This document shows, in pieces, positions 38,980-47,410 of a stretch of 47,410 nt of DNA. The notes under the pieces were generated by a model. That model saw only the letters and a list, made by a program, of their open reading frames with translations. It was not told the origin of the DNA and did not search any database. The first letter of the stretch is position 1. Each line of letters starts with the position of its first letter. Position numbers and translations under genes: made by a program. The stretch spans positions 1 to 47,410 of the forward strand of contig JAZSMX010000161.1 of NCBI GenBank assembly GCA_045536125.1, given 5' to 3'. Origin of the DNA: Eubacteriales bacterium (GTDB taxonomy: Bacteria; Bacillota; Clostridia; Oscillospirales; CAG-272).

Positions 38980-40283
38980 CCTACCACCTCACTTTCGGTC
39001 TCATAGGACTCCCCGTCTCGTGCCAATGCCAGCATCAGCTTGATGCGGTTTTCCTGGTTGACCTTCGAAGCCCCCGCATCGTAGTCGATCGGGCAGATGT
39101 TTGCCTTGGGATACATCTCGCGCAACGTACGGATCGTTCCCTTACCGACCACATGATTCGGCAAGCATCCGAAGGGTTGCGCACAAATAACATTATGGTA
39201 TCCCTTTTCAATCAGCTCCGCAACCTCTGCGGGCAACAACCATCCTTCGCCCATCTTCACACCGCGTCCGATGATCTTGTCACCAAGCTCACGGATACTT
39301 GCAAAGGATGTGGGAGTCACAAACTCCGGGTACTCGCTGAGCACCTCTACAAAGATCTTCTCAATGCGATCCGTCAGTGCGCTTCCCCCCTTGGAAATCA
39401 TTGCCGATTTAAAGCTCTTTCCGTAAAGGTGATAATCAGTTTGCTTGTTATCAAACATAAACTGGAAAAATCCAAGCACACCGGGCACCATATATTCGCA
39501 ATCCTGCGAATCCAAAAATTCTTCAAGCCCGTTGTTTCCAAAGGGAGAATACTTGACATAGATCTCCCCTACGATGCCAACGCGCGTCTTTTTGATGTCT
39601 CTTCTCGGAATCTCGTGAAAATCCTTGGCGATTGCGTGCAAATTCTCGCGGAATGCCTTTCCGAACAATCCCTTATTATGGCGGAACTGCTCTGCCAATT
39701 TGGAATACCAACGGTCAATTACTTTTTGGCAATCCCCTTTGTTAACCTCATACGGCCGTACCTGATTTCTCAAAAGCATCAGCATATCCCCGTAAATGAT
39801 GGCAACCATCGCCTTTGCGATCATCATTGGCGTAATCTTGAAGCCGCTTGTTTTTTCCATCCCCGTGAAGCTCAGGGAAATCACGGGAACGTAGTCCATC
39901 CCCATATTGTGAAGCGCCTTTCGCAAAAGCCATATGTAATTGGAAGCACGGCATCCGCCACCCGTCTGGAATTGAATCAGCGCACATTTGTGCGGATCGT
40001 ATTCCCCGCTTGTCAAGGCGTGCAGCTGCTGACCGCTGATACAGATTGCCGGGTAACACATGTCATTATGAATAAACTCCAGTCCCTTATCAACAACCTG
40101 CTTTCCTCTGCTCTTTAAAATCACAAGATCATAACCGTACATATTGAAGATCAGCTTGATCAATTCCATATGCACAGGGAAAATGTCCGGTGCCAAAATC
40201 TTATGGGTGGATTTCATTTCCTTGGTAAATTCCGGAGGGGAAAACACATGAGAAGACGGGGCTGCGTTTTTTTTCTTTGACAT
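38976..40283 (-). CDS. plsR: PlsR-like plasmalogen synthase subunit (2-hydroxyacyl-CoA dehydratase-like)
   Basis: 435 aa; HNDMCYPA, QTGGGCRASNY, GIVGEIYVK, GEGWLL, QPFGCLPNHV, IDYD; stop overlaps the plsA start. Confidence 0.78.
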   Translation of the reverse strand: MSKKKNAAPSSHVFSPPEFTKEMKSTHKILAPDIFPVHMELIKLIFNMYGYDLVILKSRGKQVVDKGLEFIHNDMCYPAICISGQQLHALTSGEYDPHKCALIQFQTGGGCRASNYIWLLRKALHNMGMDYVPVISLSFTGMEKTSGFKITPMMIAKAMVAIIYGDMLMLLRNQVRPYEVNKGDCQKVIDRWYSKLAEQFRHNKGLFGKAFRENLHAIAKDFHEIPRRDIKKTRVGIVGEIYVKYSPFGNNGLEEFLDSQDCEYMVPGVLGFFQFMFDNKQTDYHLYGKSFKSAMISKGGSALTDRIEKIFVEVLSEYPEFVTPTSFASIRELGDKIIGRGVKMGEGWLLPAEVAELIEKGYHNVICAQPFGCLPNHVVGKGTIRTLREMYPKANICPIDYDAGASKVNQENRIKLMLALARDGESYETESEVVG

Positions 40284-40308
40284 AAAAAACCTGCCTTTTT
40301 TGGATTTT

Positions 40309-41964
40309 TTATTCGGCAACCAAAATATAATCGTAAATATCCTGACCGCCATCCGCCTCGCAGGTCTCCGCAAGGGGATATTTGCTTTGCAGATAGGCCA
40401 TGATCGGAGCGGACTCTTCTTCGCTCACGCCGTTTCCGCGAATCAGTAAAAGAAGCGCGTGGGACGTCGGATCAAGAGCATCTGCCGTGCGGCAAACCAC
40501 CTCTTCGCGACTCTTGCCCGCAAACAGAATTTTCTTTCCTTCAATCCCGATGTAGTCACCCTTTTGCACCTTGACACCGTTCATTTCGGCATCACGGATG
40601 CTCTTTGAAATTTCAGCAGTCAGAACGCCTTCCATCGAAGCGTTCATTTCCTCTTCAATGGCATCCGCATCACCGCTGTCAAGATCCAGCATAGAAAGCA
40701 CCGCATAGGCATCCCCGATCGATTTTGTCGGGATCACTCTCACATCGCTCCCCGAATAGAGCTGTGCTGCCTGCTTTGCCGCAAGAAGAATATTTCCGTT
40801 GTTCGGTAAAACAAAAACAACGTCCGCATTGACGCGGTCAAAGGCGCGCAAAAAGTCCTCGGCACTCGGATTCATGGTTTGTCCGCCGACGATGACCTCG
40901 TCCGCACCCATTTCCGTAAACGCCTGTCGGATTCCCTCTCCCGTCGCCACGGTCACGATCGAAAAAGGAGTACGCTCCTTCGTACTCGGCACATTCTGCA
41001 AAACCCGCTCCTCTTTTTTGGCATTTCCGTTGTGCTGAAGCATCATATTTTCTATTTTGACGGTGAGAAACTCACCGAAGCGTTGGCAAAATTCAAGAAC
41101 TCGGTAAGGCGTCATGGTATGCACGTGAATCTTTACAATCGTTCCGTTCTTCACAAGAACCACCGAATCCCCTACGGTTTTTAAGAACTCTGTGATTACA
41201 TCCGCATCAAAATGTGCGGTATCCACCTTGCAGTTCTGCAAACGCAACAACAGCTCCGTACAGTACCCAAACTCCATCACCGTATTCTCGTCAAACAAAT
41301 CGGGATCGACCGACTGTAAGGAGGACGTCGGAACGTCGGAGGTCTCGGTGATCTCTTCACCGCAAAGACAAGCGTACATACCTTTGGCAATATAGAGAAG
41401 ACCTGCTCCGCCCGAATCGACAACACCCGCTTCCCGAAGGATCGGCAAAAGCTCGGGAGTGCGTTCCAAGGAACGCTCGGCTTCTTCCAAAAACGCCTTG
41501 AAATATTCTTTTGGCGTTTCACAATTTTTGTTTGCCGCATAACCGCCCGCATCACGCATCACTGTAAGAATCGTTCCCTCTGTGGGTGTCATCACCGATT
41601 CAAAGGCACAACCGACACCGCATGCAATCGCCTTTTCCAGCGTATGCATGTCCGCTTCTCGATATGTCTGAAAGCCCTGCGCGATTCCCGCAAAAAACTG
41701 GGATAGGATCACACCGGAGTTTCCTCTGGCGCTGAGCAGCATTCCTTCGGAAATTTTGGATGCCGCATCACAAAGCGAAGCAGTCACGTTTTTTGCCGCC
41801 TTCACTCCGCCCTGCATCGTCAACATCATATTTTCACCCGTATCTCCGTCGGGAATCGGAAACACGTTCAGATCATTGACCTCTTCCACATGAGCATGAA
41901 GATTTCTCGCGCCCGCCGCGACCATATCCGCCCAAAGAAAGCCGTCAAGAAGCTCTTCTCTCAT
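40309..41964 (-). CDS. fakA: DAK2-domain fatty acid kinase catalytic subunit
   Basis: LNVFPIPDGDTGENM, ARGNSGVILSQ, EGTILTV, GVVDSGGAG, FGYCTE, KIHVHT, GGQTMNPS, LPNNGNI, GGQDIY. Confidence 0.9.
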   Translation of the reverse strand: MREELLDGFLWADMVAAGARNLHAHVEEVNDLNVFPIPDGDTGENMMLTMQGGVKAAKNVTASLCDAASKISEGMLLSARGNSGVILSQFFAGIAQGFQTYREADMHTLEKAIACGVGCAFESVMTPTEGTILTVMRDAGGYAANKNCETPKEYFKAFLEEAERSLERTPELLPILREAGVVDSGGAGLLYIAKGMYACLCGEEITETSDVPTSSLQSVDPDLFDENTVMEFGYCTELLLRLQNCKVDTAHFDADVITEFLKTVGDSVVLVKNGTIVKIHVHTMTPYRVLEFCQRFGEFLTVKIENMMLQHNGNAKKEERVLQNVPSTKERTPFSIVTVATGEGIRQAFTEMGADEVIVGGQTMNPSAEDFLRAFDRVNADVVFVLPNNGNILLAAKQAAQLYSGSDVRVIPTKSIGDAYAVLSMLDLDSGDADAIEEEMNASMEGVLTAEISKSIRDAEMNGVKVQKGDYIGIEGKKILFAGKSREEVVCRTADALDPTSHALLLLIRGNGVSEEESAPIMAYLQSKYPLAETCEADGGQDIYDYILVAE

Positions 41965-42863
41965 CACTTCACCTCGCTGACACGGTAGGTCACTTCGTTA
42001 CCGAATGCCCAGATTCCAATGGCATCGGGGCCAATGCTGGCTCCGATGATCGGACCGATGTAAACGCATACGATCTCGCGGCAAGGAATCGAGGCTGAAA
42101 TCAGCGATTTCATCATGGTCAATTCTTCCTCGGAGCAATCCGCATGCGCAATGTAGACCGTCTGCTCTTGCGGAGAAACAATCGATTCGCCAAGCATTTT
42201 TACCATATCCTTAAAGGAATTCAAGCGTCCCTTTGCCTTCTTGATCGGAGTCTGAACGCCGTCAGCATCTGAGATCAGGATCGGCTTGACTCCCATCAGA
42301 TTGCCGAAAAATGCGGCGCTTCCCGTCACACGTCCCGCGCGCTTGAGCGCGTCCAGGGAATGAACGGTTACAAACTGATTGACCTGCTTTCTTTTTGCCA
42401 TCACAGCATGGTACACGTCCTCGGCAGAGCTTCCGCTTGAAGCAAGCTCGGCGGCATAAATCGCCAGCATTCCCTCCCCCATACTGGCATTGAGGGAATC
42501 AACGCAATAAATGCTTGCCTCCGGGTAGGACTCAAGCAGTTTTTTTGCGACCACCTGCGCGGTGTTCACAGAGCCCGATTGCTTAGAAGAGCAACCAACG
42601 TAAACAATGTCACATCCCGCTTCAAGGTATTTTGTAAATACACACTGAAACTCGGGAGCGGGAACCTGTGTCGTCTTAACACGCTCTCCTCCGCGCATAA
42701 CCTCGTAAAGCTCATGCGGCGTGTAATACTCCCACAAAAGAGATGCGGGTGTCTCCTCCTCGGAGCGCACCGTATTCATACGGCAATAGTCAATCCCATA
42801 TTGTTCAAGTAATTCCTTAGAAAGATCGGAACAGGAATCGGTAAGCACTTGGAGTTTTCTCAT
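41964..42863 (-). CDS. DegV family fatty-acid-binding protein (FakB)
   Basis: LTDSCSDL, SSKQSGS, VDSLNASMGEG, LKRAGRV, VKPIL, IAHAD, IGPIIG. Confidence 0.92.
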   Translation of the reverse strand: MRKLQVLTDSCSDLSKELLEQYGIDYCRMNTVRSEEETPASLLWEYYTPHELYEVMRGGERVKTTQVPAPEFQCVFTKYLEAGCDIVYVGCSSKQSGSVNTAQVVAKKLLESYPEASIYCVDSLNASMGEGMLAIYAAELASSGSSAEDVYHAVMAKRKQVNQFVTVHSLDALKRAGRVTGSAAFFGNLMGVKPILISDADGVQTPIKKAKGRLNSFKDMVKMLGESIVSPQEQTVYIAHADCSEEELTMMKSLISASIPCREIVCVYIGPIIGASIGPDAIGIWAFGNEVTYRVSEVK

Positions 42864-42876
42864 GTCAGTTTCCTCA

Positions 42877-43470
42877 TCATTGATTCTTCAGAATTTGATG
42901 ATTTTCCCGAATACGAACCGTATACATCGTTGTCCAGAAATTGGTAACGCCAACAATGCCCATCGCCACACCCATCCAGATGCGAACATCCATACCGTAA
43001 TATGCCAGAACCATCAGAACAATTCCCGCGGCAATTTCAAGAACGGCAGAAAGAACCACGAGATACCACTTGTGGATTCCAAAACGCTGTCCTTCAATTG
43101 CAATCTGAGATTTGTTACCGCCGTCAAGCAAGGTCAGAATGGAAATTGCCGTAGGCAGAAGTACAGGAAGCTGTACCGGTTTGATGATCAGCAAAATACC
43201 AAGAATGACATTGAAAATTCCCAAAGCAAAATCCGATTGAAAAGCCAAACGGTACATATCGTTTGAGAAATACCCATAGATCCCCGTCACCCCGATCACA
43301 ATACTTGCGATTCCGACGACAATGGTTCCAAAGGAATCAAACTCGTCAAAGCTGGGGACGAGCGCGATCAAAAGTCCCGCAATCAAAAAAATGACCGAGG
43401 AACACAGGTGCATGATCTTAGCACTTTTCACAACAGCACTGTTTGTTTTTACATCGAAATGCTCGTTCAT
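42877..43470 (-). CDS. DUF308/HdeD-like membrane protein
   Basis: 197 aa, six hydrophobic segments in two repeats; AAAGGAG RBS. Confidence 0.75.
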   Translation of the reverse strand: MNEHFDVKTNSAVVKSAKIMHLCSSVIFLIAGLLIALVPSFDEFDSFGTIVVGIASIVIGVTGIYGYFSNDMYRLAFQSDFALGIFNVILGILLIIKPVQLPVLLPTAISILTLLDGGNKSQIAIEGQRFGIHKWYLVVLSAVLEIAAGIVLMVLAYYGMDVRIWMGVAMGIVGVTNFWTTMYTVRIRENHQILKNQ

Positions 43471-43509
43471 ATCGATTCTCCTTTCTGCTGATCATAAATC
43501 ATCAGCGTA

Positions 43510-43590
43510 ATTTTATCAAAACAAAATCAAAAAAACCATAGGCAAAGAGCCGAAGTTGTCCGTTTTTTGGGCATTCTCGATTGAATGTCC
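43510..43590 (-). promoter_or_regulatory. Extended -10 promoter with two GGACA-N12-TGCC palindromic operators
   Basis: TGaTAAAAT at 43518-43510; palindromes at 43540-43561 and 43569-43590. Confidence 0.55.
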
Positions 43591-43607
43591 TACATTTTTA
43601 CATTTTT

Positions 43608-44177
43608 TTACAGTTGTGAAGCATTGCCTTCACGGTGTTTTTTGCAATTTTCAAGGCAATGAGAGAACATCCCGTCAAAGATAGCTTCAAACAATTCGGA
43701 ATCAATTGAAAAATCAAGCTCTGTCTTCAAGCGGTGCATCAGTTGACCTGTCAGCCCCTGAGCGTAAAAATCGGCAATCAGCTCAAGATCTGTTACGGAA
43801 ACCCCGTAACGTACGTTCTCCGCGTGCAGCATTTCCATCAAGATCGCACGCAAGCGGCGGTTCAGATAATTTTCCAATGCTTCATGTCCAAGACTTTTGT
43901 AAAGATTGGTAAATATCTTTCGGTATTCGTTGAAAAACTCATGCAGCTCACGCATTGCATTTTTTGAGTTGTCCCTCCACGTGCCCTCCAAGGAGTCGAA
44001 CTTTGCGTCGATCACATCCTCCAGCACCTCATAAATATCATGAAAATGGTAGTAGAAGGTATTTCTTGTAATTCCGCATTCCTCCACGATATCACGCACT
44101 GTGATCTTTGAAAGAGTGCGCGTTTGCGCCAATTTGAGCGTTGCTTCCACAATTGCCTTTTTCGTTAGCTGTGACAA
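43608..44177 (-). CDS. TetR family regulator (DhaS-like, TetR_C_8 type)
   Basis: TTG start with an AGGAGG RBS; KITVRDIVEECGITRNTFYYHFHDIY HTH; IADFYAQG. Confidence 0.88.
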   Translation of the reverse strand: MSQLTKKAIVEATLKLAQTRTLSKITVRDIVEECGITRNTFYYHFHDIYEVLEDVIDAKFDSLEGTWRDNSKNAMRELHEFFNEYRKIFTNLYKSLGHEALENYLNRRLRAILMEMLHAENVRYGVSVTDLELIADFYAQGLTGQLMHRLKTELDFSIDSELFEAIFDGMFSHCLENCKKHREGNASQL

Positions 44178-44238
44178 AGAGATACCTCCTTTCCCCATTT
44201 TGTATAAGCCCATGCTTGGCTTATGTTGTACTTTCTTT

Positions 44239-44267
44239 ATTATACCATTTATTTCTTCTTTTTTCAA
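44239..44267 (-). promoter_or_regulatory. sigma-A promoter of tetR
   Basis: TTGAAA-17-TATAAT. Confidence 0.65.
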
Positions 44268-44366
44268 CAGAAAGTTTGTAAACAATCATATTTCAGCCTC
44301 TGTACTATTGATTTTTAAGCCAAAGCATGTTACAATAGGGTTCGAATCTTTTGGAAGGACGTAATT

Positions 44367-45308
44367 ATGAAAACCAGAAACAATCTCAAGGGAACTGCCA
44401 TCCTCTGCTTTGCTTCACTCCTTTGGGGACTTGCGTTTGTGGCACAAGGGCAAGCCGCAGACAAGGTTCCTCCATTTATGTTCAACGCACTTCGCTCGTT
44501 TATCGGCTCGCTGTTTCTTCTGGGATTTCTTTTTATTACCTCGCGCCCCCGCCACCTTCCTTTGTTTCCGACCACAAAAGAAGGGCGCAAGGAGGCACTT
44601 CTCGGAGGCATTCTGTGCGGAATTCTATTGACGATCAGTGTCAATTTTCAGCAATTCGGACTCACCTATTACCCGGAAGGTACTGCCAGCGAAGCTCGCG
44701 CGGGATTTTTGACCGCCCTTTACGTAGTTCTTGTCCCGATCATTTCCGTATTTTTCGGAAAGCGCATCAAATTGCCGATCTGGATCGCCGTTGTCATTGC
44801 CATTGGCGGCATTTATATGCTGAGCTTGTCAGGCGGACTTGAGAGCATTTATCTTGGTGATATTTTGGTATTCTGCTGTGCGATCAGCTTCAGCTTTCAT
44901 ATCATGGCAGTGGATCGCTTTGCTGAGCCTGTCGGAGGAACGCTCCTATCCATGCTTCAGTTTTTTGTATGCGGTATCTTATCTCTCATTCTCTCCCTTT
45001 GCTTTGAAGCACCGATTTGGGAGGACATTCTTTCCGCGGCACCTCAAATTCTTTATACAGGCATTGTTTCCAGCGGTATCGCCTACACTCTTCAAATCTA
45101 CGGTCAACAGTATGCCGAGCCTGCCATCGCCTCTATTTCCATGAGCTTGGAAAGTGTCTTCGCGGCTTTAGGAGGTTGGCTGATTTCAGGGAACACGCTC
45201 TCTCCGCGTGAACTTTTGGGATGCACGCTTGTTTTTCTTGCCATTATTTTGGCACAGATTCCTCAATTCCTTGAAAGCAGAAGGCATCGCACTCCCACTG
45301 AAAAATAA
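44367..45308 (+). CDS. DMT/EamA family transporter
   Basis: LLWGLAFVAQ, AGFLTALYVVLVP, GDIL, AYTLQIYGQ, MSLESVFAALGG; about 10 TM segments. Confidence 0.9.
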   Translation: MKTRNNLKGTAILCFASLLWGLAFVAQGQAADKVPPFMFNALRSFIGSLFLLGFLFITSRPRHLPLFPTTKEGRKEALLGGILCGILLTISVNFQQFGLTYYPEGTASEARAGFLTALYVVLVPIISVFFGKRIKLPIWIAVVIAIGGIYMLSLSGGLESIYLGDILVFCCAISFSFHIMAVDRFAEPVGGTLLSMLQFFVCGILSLILSLCFEAPIWEDILSAAPQILYTGIVSSGIAYTLQIYGQQYAEPAIASISMSLESVFAALGGWLISGNTLSPRELLGCTLVFLAIILAQIPQFLESRRHRTPTEK

Positions 45309-45342
45309 ACACAAAAATCACGCACAAAATGCGTTCGGGCTC

Positions 45343-45371
45343 TTGACATCGAACGCATTTTGTGTTACAAT
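45343..45371 (+). promoter_or_regulatory. sigma-A promoter of tRNA-Gly
   Basis: TTGACA-17-TACAAT with a TG extension. Confidence 0.75.
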
Positions 45372-45397
45372 TTACATGTTCCAATGAAAACGAATAC

Positions 45398-45471
45398 GCA
45401 GATGTAACTCAATGGCAGAGTGTCCGCTTCCCAAGCCGAATACGCGGGTTCGATTCCCGTCATCTGCTCCA
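45398..45471 (+). tRNA. tRNA-Gly (CCC)
   Basis: Acceptor GCAGATG/CATCTGC, D arm ACTC/GAGT, anticodon loop TTCCCAA, T loop TTCGATT, encoded CCA. Confidence 0.92.
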
Positions 45472-45473
45472 AA

Positions 45474-45504
45474 AAAAAACGACAGGTCACCCTGTCGTTT
45501 TTTT
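45474..45504 (+). terminator. Terminator after tRNA-Gly
   Basis: aaaaaacgacagg-tcac-cctgtcgtttttt. Confidence 0.8.
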
Positions 45505-45529
45505 GAACGATCCACATACGGAGGGCTTT

Positions 45530-45964
45530 ATGAAATCACTTTTGGTCAGTGCCTGTCTCCTGGGCACTCCTTGTCGCTATGACGGCGCCTCACATCCTCA
45601 TAAAGACGTCTGTGCGCTCGCAAAGCACTACCGTCTCATCCCTGTATGTCCGGAGGTCCAAGGTGGCCTCCCTACGCCTCGTACCCCCAGCGAGATCATC
45701 GGCAACACCGTCATGACAAAGGACGGACGAAACGTCACACAAAATTATGAGCTCGGTGCGCGCGAAGCACTCAAGGCAGCTATTGAAAACGGTTGTGACA
45801 CTGCGATTCTCAAGGAAAGAAGTCCTTCTTGCGGTTGCAAAAAGATTTATAACGGTCATTTCGACGGCATACTTGTCGACGGAAACGGAATTGCCGCCGC
45901 CCTCTTGATCAAAAACGGCATTCGTGTACTGGGAGAGAGCGAGGCTTACACTTTATTGGATTAA
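45530..45964 (+). CDS. DUF523 family protein (2-thiouracil desulfurase TudS-like, Fe-S)
   Basis: VSACLLGTPCRYDG, PVCPEVQGGLPTPR, LKERSPSCG; GGAGG RBS. Confidence 0.9.
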   Translation: MKSLLVSACLLGTPCRYDGASHPHKDVCALAKHYRLIPVCPEVQGGLPTPRTPSEIIGNTVMTKDGRNVTQNYELGAREALKAAIENGCDTAILKERSPSCGCKKIYNGHFDGILVDGNGIAAALLIKNGIRVLGESEAYTLLD

Positions 45965-46013
45965 AAAATCTGTGCAGCGAACGCAAAAAGCGCATTCACT
46001 GCACAGATTTTTT
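45963..46013. terminator. Bidirectional terminator
   Basis: aaaaatctgtgcag ... ctgcacagattttt. Confidence 0.75.
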
Positions 46014-46018
46014 ACCAA

Positions 46019-46891
46019 TCAACCAAAGATCATAGAAAACTCCACCGTCTTCTCTGAACCGGGCTGCACGCGGAACATGTCGGATCTGGTTTCCATATCT
46101 TCGATCACACCGTCATATCCGGGAAGTCCGCACCAAGGCTCAATGCACACAAAGGGTGCTTCCATCTTCGGCTTATGCCATACACCGAGATAAGGCATGT
46201 CGGGATAATTCAAGGTAACGTAGCGATCGGTTTGATTCGATTTTAATGTCACCGTGCTGTCAGCACGGGAAAGGAAAATCGCATCATTATCAAACAGATC
46301 ATGGCGGAGCGAAAGCCGTTTTCCATCCTCAAGAGGGAACGCGGTTCTGGTTCCGTCACGCAAGCAGCGCTCCGTGCTGTTGATCTGATCGGGACTGCAA
46401 GCATTTTGAAACTCCAGATAATAATCGGAGAACTCTCCCTTTCCTTCCATAGGCACGTTGAAGCCGGGATGCGCACCAATCGTAATGGGAAGAACGTCTT
46501 CTCCCGGATTCTTCATCACAAAGCGATTGATCAGCCGGTGTCCTTCAAGAATATACCACACGTCCAATTCAAAATCAAAGGGATATACCGCCTTGGTTTC
46601 CTCATTTGCAACCAAGCGGAAGCAAATGGAGGTCTCACTCTGCTCCGCTACCGAGAATACGGAGGGACGGATAAAGCCATGGCAATTGATGTCATAGGTT
46701 TTTCCACGGTACGTATATTTGCTCTCAAAGAATCTTCCGCACACGGGAAATACGAGAGGTGCTTTGAATGGCCAAACGGCGGGATCTCCCACCCAAATGT
46801 ATTCGCAATCTCCTCCTTTTACAGAATGAAGCTCCGAACCGACGTCGGAGACCGTTACAGTCAGTTCACTGTTTTTCAACGTGTAAAGCAT
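46019..46891 (-). CDS. Aldose 1-epimerase family protein (LacX-like)
   Basis: GSELHS, EYIWVGDP, APLVFPVCG, HGF, YPFDF, GAHPGF, FVCIEPW. Confidence 0.9.
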   Translation of the reverse strand: MLYTLKNSELTVTVSDVGSELHSVKGGDCEYIWVGDPAVWPFKAPLVFPVCGRFFESKYTYRGKTYDINCHGFIRPSVFSVAEQSETSICFRLVANEETKAVYPFDFELDVWYILEGHRLINRFVMKNPGEDVLPITIGAHPGFNVPMEGKGEFSDYYLEFQNACSPDQINSTERCLRDGTRTAFPLEDGKRLSLRHDLFDNDAIFLSRADSTVTLKSNQTDRYVTLNYPDMPYLGVWHKPKMEAPFVCIEPWCGLPGYDGVIEDMETRSDMFRVQPGSEKTVEFSMIFG

Positions 46892-47068
46892 GGTAATTTC
46901 TCCTTTATATGTAAATAACGATCTGATAAAACTATTATACCGCATTTTCAATCGCATTGCAATACTTTTTCCAAAATGCACAAAAACATTCAAAAAAGCG
47001 TCAAACGGATACAAGTTTTGTCACTTATTACAAACATCTCACTTTTTTTATTTTTTTCAAAAAAAGGC

Positions 47069-47097
47069 TTGACAAGGATTGTGTTTTGTGTTATAAT
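47069..47097 (+). promoter_or_regulatory. sigma-A promoter of the tRNA pair
   Basis: TTGACA-17-TATAAT with a TG extension. Confidence 0.85.
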
Positions 47098-47108
47098 ATT
47101 CAAGCGTT

Positions 47109-47185
47109 GGCGGGATAGCTCAGTTGGCTAGAGCAACCGGTTCATACCCGGTAGGTCATGGGTTCAAATCCAATTCCCGCTACCA
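47109..47185 (+). tRNA. tRNA-Met (CAT), elongator type
   Basis: GGCGGGA/TCCCGCT acceptor, AGCTCAGTTGGCTAGAGC D arm, ACCGG-TTCATAC-CCGGT anticodon arm, CCA end. Confidence 0.92.
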
Positions 47186-47187
47186 TC

Positions 47188-47262
47188 GGCCCGTTGGTCA
47201 AGAGGTTAAGACACCGCCCTTTCACGGCAGTAACAGCAGTTCGATTCTGCTACGGGTCACCA
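47188..47262 (+). tRNA. tRNA-Glu (TTC)
   Basis: GGCCCGT/ACGGGTC acceptor, GGTCAAGAGGTTAAGAC D arm, CTTTCAC loop, AGCAG-TTCGATT-CTGCT T arm, CCA end. Confidence 0.93.
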
Positions 47263-47297
47263 AAAAGCAACAAGTCCTTTGGGACTTGGTGTTTTTT
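47262..47297 (+). terminator. Terminator after the tRNA pair
   Basis: caagtcc-tttg-ggacttg stem followed by a T-run. Confidence 0.7.
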
Positions 47298-47410
47298 GTT
47301 GTCCTGTAGCCACTGTGAGAACAGCCAAGCGCAAACGCGTACATAAAAGCTATCAGAAATTATATGCGCTTGGGGAAAGAATTTGCCATGCAAATTCTTT
47401 CGGCGAAGCA

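Noticed and set aside
36295-40118. Several long plus-strand ORFs (358, 201 and 321 aa)
   Set aside because: Antisense shadows of plsA/plsR caused by codon bias
45362-45529. N-terminal extension of the DUF523 ORF in the ORF track
   Set aside because: It runs through tRNA-Gly and its terminator; the real start is ATG 45530 with a GGAGG RBS

Overview
A chromosomal window (about 47-50% GC by eye) from a spore-forming Clostridia-class Firmicute, judged by spoIVA, gpr-spoIIP and the sigma-A and sporulation-sigma promoter patterns. No prophage, integrase, transposase or CRISPR array is visible. In order it contains: a glycoside hydrolase and DUF5662 gene; spoIVA; a phosphatase and MFS transporter; a candidate sigma-A small RNA with a CCCCUUU seed followed by an enolase with a sigma-G-like promoter; a radC plus LexA/CI-like repressor module with TTCC-N6-GGAA operators facing a small membrane protein; a MITE-like palindromic element; gpr-spoIIP; an orphan OppA-like lipoprotein; a galacturonate-type cluster (GH2, uxaB, uxaA, propeller protein, esterase, frameshifted uxaC, epimerase); an ACP-MBOAT-SGNH(Cys)-lipoprotein envelope acylation operon; two further AraC-controlled sugar-acid units; and three tRNA genes. 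The standout is a tightly coupled lipid operon (DUF308-fakB-fakA-plsR-plsA-plsY, with a TetR gene upstream) that links exogenous fatty-acid activation, sn-1 acylation and anaerobic plasmalogen synthesis. All calls come from motif reading by eye; no database search was run.
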